From PVC group bacterium (GTDB taxonomy: Bacteria; GCA-001730085; JADFSZ01): a DNA stretch of 5,066 nucleotides. Shown in pieces: positions 1-5,066 of the stretch. The stretch is taken from NCBI GenBank assembly GCA_022560555.1, contig JADFSZ010000131.1:1-5066 (forward strand). Direction: 5' to 3'. The notes under the pieces are model-generated. The model made no database searches and was not told the origin of the DNA. It saw only the letters and a list, made by a program, of their open reading frames with translations. The position numbers were made by a program, and so were the translations under genes. Position 1 is the stretch's first letter; the number at the start of each line of letters is the position of its first letter.

Positions 1-13
1 TTGAAACTGGAAA
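1..13. repeat. Left arm of a perfect 13-bp inverted repeat (TTGAAACTGGAAA) that brackets the Y1 transposase gene. It may extend past the left window edge.
   Basis: The reverse complement of 1-13 is TTTCCAGTTTCAA, identical to 986-998. The match stops inward at position 14/985. Outward extension cannot be tested because the window starts here. Confidence 0.6.
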
Positions 14-17
14 GTTC

Positions 18-47
18 TTGACAATCTCTCATTCCTTCTCATATAAT
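18..47 (+). promoter_or_regulatory. Sigma70-type promoter for the Y1 transposase gene: TTGACA, 18-nt spacer, TATAAT
   Basis: TTGACA lies at 18-23 and TATAAT at 42-47, both perfect consensus hexamers. Only 7 nt (ttgcttc) separate the -10 from the ATG at 55, and there is no Shine-Dalgarno sequence, so the transcript would start at or next to the A of the ATG. Confidence 0.6.
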
Positions 48-54
48 TTGCTTC

Positions 55-1005
55 ATGGCACGTCCTTATCGTCTACAAGCCGAAGACACTCTATACCACA
101 TCATATCCCGCGGGAATGACCGCAAAAAAATCTTTCTTAAAGAACGTGACTACTTAAAATTTCTTGAAAACCTGGAAATCGCCAGGGATCGGTACGCTTT
201 TCACCTATATGCCTATGTTCTCATGACAAATCATGTGCATCTTCTCCTGGAAACCACAGCTCCCAATATTTCTCAAATTATGCAAAACATCAACTCTTCA
301 TATACAACGTATTTCAATATCAAGCACAAGAAATCAGGGCATCTCTTTCAAGGCCGCTATAAATCCATTGTTGTAGATAAAGACGCTTACCTGCTCGAAC
401 TCACCCGTTACATCCATCTTAACCCTGTCCGTGCGAAGATGGTCCGTTCTCCTTCAGATTATCCCTGGAGTAGCTGGAGCGAATATATCGCCAAACGACC
501 TAAAAAGCCCCTGATCTCCTGGGGCAAATTAACGCGCTATATTAAATACTCCCCTGTCGGGTATAAACGCTTCGTTCTTGATAGCGACTATGATCACTAT
601 TCTTTTTCGCAAAAGCCTTATGCCGGCTTTATTCTTGGTCAAGCGCGCTTTATTAAAGACACCTTAAACATTCTTAAAGACCAAATTCAAAGCAATGAAA
701 CATCCTTTGCTAAGGAATTAAGCAGCCACTACACCATGCATGATGTGATAGAATTGTACGGACAGAATCACAATATCGATCCTCAGAATCTCTTTCATGC
801 AAAAGGGAAGCGTTCCTTTGATAAAAAGCTCGTCATTTATCTCATTAAACGGCTGACGTCGCATACAAACGCGGATATTGGTAAAGAATTCAACCTGTCC
901 TTTTCAGCTGTGAGCAAAGCCTCAAAATCCATTGAATCGTTAGTAGCACAAAACAAGAAAATGAGAACGAGGATTAGCCGCATTGTTTCCAGTTTCAAGG
1001 TCTGA
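55..1005 (+). CDS. HUH/Y1 transposase, IS200/REP-associated tyrosine transposase (RAYT)-like, COG1943/PF01797-type, with a C-terminal DnaA domain IV-like helix-turn-helix
   Basis: The 316-aa ORF carries the N-terminal YHIISRGN motif. The HUH motif H60-V61-H62 (MTNHVHLLL) is at nt 232-240. The catalytic Tyr119 lies in RYIHLNPVRA (nt 409-411), followed by DYPWSSWSEY. All are hallmarks of the IS200/RAYT Y1 family. The C-terminal ~70 aa (KKLVIYLIKRLTSHTNADIGKEFNLSFSAVSKASKSIESL) follow the DnaA C-terminal pattern (YL-R-LT-[SL]--IG--F----H-TV). Confidence 0.85.
   Translation: MARPYRLQAEDTLYHIISRGNDRKKIFLKERDYLKFLENLEIARDRYAFHLYAYVLMTNHVHLLLETTAPNISQIMQNINSSYTTYFNIKHKKSGHLFQGRYKSIVVDKDAYLLELTRYIHLNPVRAKMVRSPSDYPWSSWSEYIAKRPKKPLISWGKLTRYIKYSPVGYKRFVLDSDYDHYSFSQKPYAGFILGQARFIKDTLNILKDQIQSNETSFAKELSSHYTMHDVIELYGQNHNIDPQNLFHAKGKRSFDKKLVIYLIKRLTSHTNADIGKEFNLSFSAVSKASKSIESLVAQNKKMRTRISRIVSSFKV
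986..998. repeat. Right arm of the 13-bp inverted repeat (TTTCCAGTTTCAA), inside the last codons of the transposase ORF
   Basis: Exact reverse complement of 1-13. It is followed immediately by the palindromic GGTCTGACC (999-1007), which spans the stop codon. Confidence 0.6.
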
Positions 1006-1016
1006 CCCCTCTTGGG

Positions 1017-1112
1017 TGCATGCTTCCGGCAAATATCAGGCACGCTTAAACCCGCTTCGCCCTCCTTCAAAACTCCGATAATCTGTTCTTCAGTATGTCT
1101 CTTTCTTCCCAA
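1017..1112 (-). pseudogene. N-terminal remnant (~32 codons) of an IS3-family (IS2/IS407-like) transposase orfA, truncated
   Basis: The minus-strand translation xGRKRHTEEQIIGVLKEGEAGLSVPDICRKH matches the conserved N-terminal HTH of IS3-family OrfA proteins (pattern R-[FY]-[ST]-EEQI-[IV]--L-E-EAG--V-[ED]-[LI]-CRKHGIS). The expected GIS...FY.W continuation is missing. Similarity breaks at about 1017-1020, 12-15 nt from the transposase stop codon. The first codon is TTG, not ATG. Confidence 0.5.
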
Positions 1113-1202
1113 AGACCCTAAATAAGATATAGTGCAACTATTTATATATAAAGAACTTAAGACAAATATAGGATCGCATCTCTGAGTCGGGCGCAGTATG
1201 TG

Positions 1203-1231
1203 TTGACATAAACACTCATTTATGGTAAGAA
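1203..1231 (+). promoter_or_regulatory. Candidate promoter of the antitoxin-toxin operon: TTGACA, 17-nt spacer, TGgTAAGAA (extended -10)
   Basis: A perfect TTGACA lies at 1203-1208. TG at 1223-1224 precedes TAAGAA at 1226-1231 after a 17-nt spacer. The alternative -10 is AAGAAT at 1227-1232. The site is 49 nt upstream of the ATG at 1280. Confidence 0.45.
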
Positions 1232-1254
1232 TAAGTAAGAAAATAGGAATAAGT
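1225..1254 (+). promoter_or_regulatory. Operator-like, 10-nt-phased direct repeats overlapping the -10 and leader of the TA operon
   Basis: The sequence reads GTAAGAATAA / GTAAGAAAAT / AGGAATAAGT. GTAAGA occurs at 1225-1230 and 1235-1240. GAATAAGT occurs at 1229-1236 and 1247-1254. Position and helical phasing fit an autorepression site, but the sequence is AT-rich and low in complexity. Confidence 0.25.
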
Positions 1255-1279
1255 TAGATTTCAAACAAGGGAGATTACT

Positions 1280-1519
1280 ATGATTACACGCGTGAGAGAT
1301 AAGGGGCAAATTACACTACCGTCTCATCTGAGGAATGCATTAAAGATCAAGAAGGATTCTGTTCTTTCGGTCGCAAAGGTTGGAAATGCGATTTTGCTGA
1401 CACTGAAGCCTTCAAAGTTTGAAGAGGTGGCGAACACATTTTCTAAAGAAGCCAAGAAAAAAGGCATTACCTTAGAATCGCTTTTGAAAGATCTTAAAAG
1501 AATTCGACATGTAAAATAA
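1280..1519 (+). CDS. AbrB/SpoVT (MazE-like) family antitoxin, type II TA system
   Basis: This 79-aa ORF has an N-terminal swapped-hairpin motif (VRDKGQITLPSHLRNALKIKKDSVLSV..GNAILLTLKP) typical of SpoVT-AbrB domains. GGGAG at 1269-1273 sits 6 nt upstream of the ATG. The stop lies 5 nt before the PIN gene. Confidence 0.8.
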   Translation: MITRVRDKGQITLPSHLRNALKIKKDSVLSVAKVGNAILLTLKPSKFEEVANTFSKEAKKKGITLESLLKDLKRIRHVK

Positions 1520-1524
1520 ATCCT

Positions 1525-1980
1525 ATGGCTATTCTTAACTATCAAATCTTTTTTGATACGAGTGTGTATATAGCGGCCATTCTTTCACCGAAAGGAGCCG
1601 CCGGAGAACTTATCCGCCTTGTTGAAGTGGGAGCCATCCGTATGGTGGTTTCAGAAAAGGTGATTATTGAGTCAGATCATGTGTTATCGAGAAAATTCCC
1701 TGATCTTATTGAGGAAAGCCGAAATTTTTGGAAACACCTTGAGCCGAATATTATCCCTGAGCCAGAGCCAAAAGAAATCGAACCATTTGCGCAGCATCTT
1801 GATGCGGCAGACGCCATGATTTTATGTGCGGCACACCTGGCGAAAGTAGACGCGTTTGTGACATGGAATACGAGAGATTTTATCGAACCGAGTATAGAAA
1901 AACTTGTTTCTTTTCCTATTGTGGTCCCGGGGAACTGTTTAAAGCTTTTCCAGAAATGGATCAAACCTTTCTTGGACTAA
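1525..1980 (+). CDS. PIN-domain toxin (PIN_3/TIGR00305-like putative ribonuclease), type II TA system
   Basis: This 151-aa ORF has PIN acidic motifs in the expected order: FFDTSVYIAAILSPKG (first Asp), VVSEKVIIE, DAADAMILCAAHLAKVDAFVTWNTRDF (T-x-N-x-x-DF end motif). There is no Shine-Dalgarno sequence of its own and it starts 5 nt after the antitoxin stop, which suggests translational coupling. Confidence 0.85.
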   Translation: MAILNYQIFFDTSVYIAAILSPKGAAGELIRLVEVGAIRMVVSEKVIIESDHVLSRKFPDLIEESRNFWKHLEPNIIPEPEPKEIEPFAQHLDAADAMILCAAHLAKVDAFVTWNTRDFIEPSIEKLVSFPIVVPGNCLKLFQKWIKPFLD

Positions 1981-2126
1981 ATATAAGCAGTTGGATATAG
2001 AAAGATATCTTATGAAGAAAATGGATAAGGATATACCTATAGGAAAGTTGGCAAACAGAGTTCATTAATACATTGATATGGCCTTAGCTCTTTAATAGCC
2101 TTACAATTCCATGCTTTTTCTATCCC

Positions 2127-3026
2127 TTACTTTCTAACATCTATCCTCTTTTGAGGAACCTGTTCATCCGCGTGGTAGGAGCTGCGGACAAAGGGGCCGG
2201 ATTCACAATGAGTAAATCCTTTCTTGAGCGCGATGGTTTTCAATTCTCGAAATTCATCCGGGTGCCAATACTTTTCAATTTTTAAATAAAATTTATCTCC
2301 CTGATGGGGAGTCAGATATTGACCTAAAGTTAAAACATCAACATGATTGTCACGAAGATCATCCATTGCTTCCGAGATTTCATCCCACGTCTCCCCGAGT
2401 CCGAGCATCATGCTTGATTTAGTAACAACTTCAGGGCGGATCTCTTTGCCCCGTCGTAAAAATTTCAAAGAACGGTCATAGTCCGCTTTTGATCGAACCT
2501 TGGGCGACAGACGGCGGACTGTTTCAATATTGTGATTAAGAATGTCCGGCCCGGAAGACATAAGAATTTTTAAATTGTTATAATGGCCGCCCATGTCTGA
2601 CGGAAGAACTTCAATCGTTGTTTCTGGCCTACCCAAACGAATGGCCCGCACGGTTTCAACAAAGATTTGTGCCCCTCCATCAACGAGATCGTCACGGGCC
2701 ACAGCCGTGATAACAACATGTCTCAAGCCCATCTCCTGGACGGCCTCGGCAACACGTCTGGGTTCATCCGTATCCAACCCGATGGGTTTTCCTGTTTTAA
2801 CCGCGCAAAAACGGCAAGCTCTTGTACAAAGGTCTCCTAAAATCATAAACGTGGCCGTGCGCCTCAACGCCCAGCATTCATGCAGATTCGGGCATTGAGC
2901 TTCTTCACACACCGTGTGAAGCGATTTGCTTCGCATCATGGTGTGAATACTCTTCGCGCTCACGTTGGACGAAAGACGGATTTTGAGCCATGAAGGGCGT
3001 TCAAGAATTTCGGTTTGAGGTACCAT
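2127..3026 (-). CDS. lipA: Lipoyl synthase (radical SAM)
   Basis: The protein has the LipA-specific N-terminal cluster motif [12 protein letters not shown], the radical-SAM motif CTRACRFC, and the C-terminal RSSYHA. I placed the start at the ATG at 3026 ([18 protein letters not shown]), which is preceded by AAGGTG 9 nt upstream. The ORF track's longer version starts at a TTG at 3065 with no RBS. Confidence 0.93.
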   Translation of the reverse strand: MVPQTEILERPSWLKIRLSSNVSAKSIHTMMRSKSLHTVCEEAQCPNLHECWALRRTATFMILGDLCTRACRFCAVKTGKPIGLDTDEPRRVAEAVQEMGLRHVVITAVARDDLVDGGAQIFVETVRAIRLGRPETTIEVLPSDMGGHYNNLKILMSSGPDILNHNIETVRRLSPKVRSKADYDRSLKFLRRGKEIRPEVVTKSSMMLGLGETWDEISEAMDDLRDNHVDVLTLGQYLTPHQGDKFYLKIEKYWHPDEFRELKTIALKKGFTHCESGPFVRSSYHADEQVPQKRIDVRK

Positions 3027-3036
3027 CGTAAGAGAC

Positions 3037-3065
3037 ACCTTAGAAGAGAGATCCTGAATTGTCAA
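3037..3065 (-). promoter_or_regulatory. Candidate lipA promoter on the minus strand: TTGACA, 17-nt spacer, TAAGGT
   Basis: On the minus strand, TTGACA is at 3065-3060, the spacer is 17 nt, and TAAGGT is at 3042-3037. Ten nt then precede the ATG at 3026. The TTG of this hexamer is the same TTG used as the alternative long start. Confidence 0.3.
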
Positions 3066-3097
3066 TAATTATGACTAGAGAAGCTCTTTGATTCAGG

Positions 3098-3103
3098 TAT
3101 AAT
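3098..3103 (+). promoter_or_regulatory. Candidate -10 element (TATAAT) for the dihydrouridine synthase gene
   Basis: A perfect TATAAT at 3098-3103 sits 30 nt upstream of the ATG at 3133. GGAGG at 3117-3121 lies between them. No convincing -35 is found at 16-18 nt spacing. Confidence 0.3.
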
Positions 3104-3132
3104 GCACTCCATTGAGGGAGGAATGAAGAGAT

Positions 3133-4110
3133 ATGAACGGAAATTTTTGGAATCGCCTTAAAAAGCCTATTTTTGCCATGGCGCCTATGGCGGATGTGAC
3201 GGATGCGCCCTTTCGCCGGATTATTGCCAAATACGGAAAGCCGGACATCCTTTTTACGGAATTTGTGTCCACGGACGGGCTTTGCTCCCCCGGAAAAGAA
3301 AAGCTCCTAAGAGATCTTATATATTCCGAAGAAGAACGTCCCATTGTCGCGCAAATATTTGGGAAAAATCCGGAAAAATTTTATGAAACAGCCAAACTGA
3401 TTCATGCATTAGGATTTGACGGCGTGGATATCAACATGGGATGTCCTGATCGTAGGGTGTGTCGGAGCGGGGCCGGCGCGTCCTTAATTGAAAATCCGGC
3501 TCTTGCCAAAGAGATCATTATCGCAACACAGGAAGGTTCTAACGGACTTCCTGTTTCTGTCAAGACACGGATGGGATATCACAAAAATGAACTTGAGACA
3601 TGGGTTCAAAATTTATTAGAAACTCGACCGGCTGCGATTACGATCCATCTGCGAACAAAAAAAGACATGTCCAAAGTAGATGCGCGTTGGGATGAAATTG
3701 TCCTTGCTGTTGCTTTAGCGAAAGATGAAGAAACTCTTATTATCGGAAATGGGGATATACAAAATCTCAAAGAGGCCCGGGATATGGTTGAAAAAACCGG
3801 GGTAGACGGGGTGATGTTGGGGCGCGCGATTTTTGGAAACCCTTGGCTTTTTAATCCTGACGTGAATGTGGAAAATATTTCATTTGAAGAAAAAATGAAG
3901 GTGCTGTTAGAACATGCCGTGGTGTATGAAGAAGTTTTTCAGGGTAAAAAGAAATTTGCCGTCATGCGAAAACATTTTAAAGCCTATATATCCGGGTTTC
4001 CGGGCTCCAAAGAGCTTCGCGGCGCATTGGAAAAAACGAACAGTTTTAAAGAAGTGAAAAACATCATTGCTGATTTTCGGTATATAGGCAAAGATTTTGA
4101 GGTTGCATAA
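3133..4110 (+). CDS. dus: tRNA-dihydrouridine synthase (Dus family, FMN-dependent)
   Basis: The 325-aa ORF has the Dus N-terminus PIFAMAPMADVTDAPFRRI and the catalytic-Cys motif DINMGCPDRRVCRSGAGASL. It also has ITIHLRT and GNGDI..........GVDGVMLGRA TIM-barrel motifs typical of PF01207. Confidence 0.9.
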   Translation: MNGNFWNRLKKPIFAMAPMADVTDAPFRRIIAKYGKPDILFTEFVSTDGLCSPGKEKLLRDLIYSEEERPIVAQIFGKNPEKFYETAKLIHALGFDGVDINMGCPDRRVCRSGAGASLIENPALAKEIIIATQEGSNGLPVSVKTRMGYHKNELETWVQNLLETRPAAITIHLRTKKDMSKVDARWDEIVLAVALAKDEETLIIGNGDIQNLKEARDMVEKTGVDGVMLGRAIFGNPWLFNPDVNVENISFEEKMKVLLEHAVVYEEVFQGKKKFAVMRKHFKAYISGFPGSKELRGALEKTNSFKEVKNIIADFRYIGKDFEVA

Positions 4111-4119
4111 AATTTCACC

Positions 4120-5066
4120 CTAAATAATCCGAATTTTTTGACGATGATATTTGATTATGGTTGGACAAAGAAGGGACGCAATTCGTTTCTTTTTTAAATG
4201 GGTGTTGATCTTATGTTTGATCTTTTTGGCCGTCTGTTGATTCAGGCAAACACAGTAATACGCACCACCGCCTCCGGCTCCGGAAAGTTTCTCTCCCAAT
4301 GATCCTATAGAAGCGGCTTTTACCAAAACTCCTTCCAAATTCTTCGTAGATAAGGACAATTGACCGAGCTCCGTTTGGGCTGCTTCGGCCAGAGCCCCAA
4401 AAGTGTCCAAAAATATTACGTGAGTTTTTCGTTGCCGGGCTGCAAAAATAAATTGGTCCGTTTTAGCCCCCAAGGATTTCAATGTTTGTTTCGTAAGCAT
4501 GTGTTTTTTTTGGACGCGCTTGCGAATCCGGCTTACAAGGAATTTTGTGTTTTCTGTTCTTCTTAAGGCTCCCACCACTAGGGTAAATGAGGGACACATA
4601 ACTTTTTTGATGTTCGGCAAAGAATTTTTTCTTCCGGAAAATCGAAACAGTCCGTTCATAAAGGCTAATCCGGTATCAACCCCTGAGGGTGTCCCGTGAA
4701 AGATTTTTTCCGCGTTATTGGCTAGTTTCCAAAAAGCTCTTTGGTTCGTTAGAATTTTTTTGGCGCGATCTTCCCCATGTTTTTTGAGAAGTGTTAAAAC
4801 AGCTTTAGATAAAGCCGTGCACAGTGCGGCGGATGATCCGAGGCCGGCTCCTTTTGGAATATTCGTTTTGATACGAACATGAATAAACGGAATTTGAGAG
4901 AGCCGGGGGAATATCCGGCGAAAATACGTCTCGAGTTCCCTCAATTTTTGTTTTTCCGTTTGCGGCAAAACAGGAAGCTGCCAACTTTGATGATGTGCCC
5001 CGGTTGTCCTTGTTGATAAGAAAACCTCTGTCGATAAAGGAAAGGTTAGCCCCAGGGCCGGATATC
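4120..5066 (-). CDS. mvk: GHMP-family kinase, most likely mevalonate kinase. 5' end is outside the window (partial).
   Basis: GHMP motif II is PKGAGLGSSAALCTAL and motif III is KLSGAGGGGAYY. The segment EKIFHGTPSGVDTGLAFMNG matches the mevalonate-kinase-specific HG-x-PSG-[IV]-D block. The reading frame stays open from the listed TTG (4968) to the window edge (codons to 5064), reading YPALGLTFPLSTEVFL. That resembles the segment just after MVK motif I, so the real start lies beyond 5066. Confidence 0.7.
   Translation of the reverse strand, partial: YPALGLTFPLSTEVFLSTRTTGAHHQSWQLPVLPQTEKQKLRELETYFRRIFPRLSQIPFIHVRIKTNIPKGAGLGSSAALCTALSKAVLTLLKKHGEDRAKKILTNQRAFWKLANNAEKIFHGTPSGVDTGLAFMNGLFRFSGRKNSLPNIKKVMCPSFTLVVGALRRTENTKFLVSRIRKRVQKKHMLTKQTLKSLGAKTDQFIFAARQRKTHVIFLDTFGALAEAAQTELGQLSLSTKNLEGVLVKAASIGSLGEKLSGAGGGGAYYCVCLNQQTAKKIKHKINTHLKKKRIASLLCPTIIKYHRQKIRII

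Noticed and set aside
837-1016. The downstream two-thirds of the 91-aa minus-strand ORF 837..1112
   Set aside because: Only the first ~32 codons (1112-1017) resemble IS3 OrfA. The rest (PKRGQTLKLETMRLILVLIFLF...) is antisense read-through into the Y1 transposase gene and has no recognisable motif.
1324-1964. Minus-strand ORFs 1324..1545 (73 aa) and 1677..1964 (95 aa)
   Set aside because: They lie fully antisense to the well-supported antitoxin and PIN genes. Their composition is low-complexity or Ser/Phe-rich with no motifs or RBS, so they are shadow ORFs.
1122-2013. 9-mer ATAAGATAT (1122-1130) inverted at 2005-2013, plus shared GATATAG (1126-1132 and 1994-2000), seemingly flanking the TA cassette
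   Set aside because: The matches are short and AT-rich. Between two ~150-bp AT-rich spacers they are expected by chance at appreciable frequency. The left copy also lies within the presumed IS3 remnant, not at a clean boundary.
2022-2028. DnaA-box-like cores (TTATCCA on the minus strand here; TTATCCGCC at 1610-1618) as possible targets of the DnaA-C-like domain
   Set aside because: Only 6-7 of 9 positions match the TTATCCACA consensus, the matches are scattered, and such partial matches are expected by chance in 5 kb.
2593-2898. Plus-strand ORF of 101 aa inside lipA
   Set aside because: It is antisense to a motif-rich, confidently identified lipA and has the Ser/Arg/Thr-rich composition of a shadow frame.
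3123-3161. 12-codon uORF (MKRYERKFLESP) starting at an ATG right after GGAGG
   Set aside because: The GGAGG (3117-3121) is only 1 nt from this ATG, too close for a functional Shine-Dalgarno spacing. It is out of frame with dus and has no other support.
3093-3344. Minus-strand ORF of 83 aa spanning the lipA-dus intergenic region and the dus 5' end
   Set aside because: It overlaps the dus start and promoter region in antisense and has no motifs. It would also collide with the lipA promoter.
4108-4146. AAAATT ... AATTTT complementarity between the dus and GHMP kinase 3' ends as a bidirectional terminator
   Set aside because: The stem is 6 bp of A/T only with a ~17-nt loop and lies largely in coding sequence, so it is thermodynamically negligible.
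4360-4699. Plus-strand ORFs 4360..4566 and 4499..4699 inside the GHMP kinase gene
   Set aside because: They are antisense shadow ORFs within a gene supported by three GHMP motifs.

Overview
Moderately AT-rich bacterial window that splits into two parts. The left ~2 kb (1-2126) looks accessory or mobile. It holds an HUH/Y1 transposase of the IS200/RAYT type (COG1943-like) fused to a C-terminal HTH resembling DnaA domain IV. That gene is bracketed by a perfect 13-bp inverted repeat and sits behind a consensus sigma70 promoter placed so that the mRNA would be leaderless. A ~32-codon N-terminal remnant of an IS3-family orfA abuts its 3' end on the opposite strand. Next comes a two-gene AbrB/SpoVT antitoxin plus PIN toxin operon with its own TTGACA promoter and 10-nt-phased repeats over the leader. 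The right ~3 kb is housekeeping: lipoyl synthase lipA (-), a tRNA-dihydrouridine synthase (+), and a GHMP kinase best read as mevalonate kinase (-) whose 5' end runs off the window. I saw no rRNA, tRNA or CRISPR array. The best candidates for something undescribed are the Y1-transposase/DnaA-C fusion with its flanking inverted repeat and the mobile-element/TA patch around it. All homology statements come from reading motifs by eye, not from database searches.
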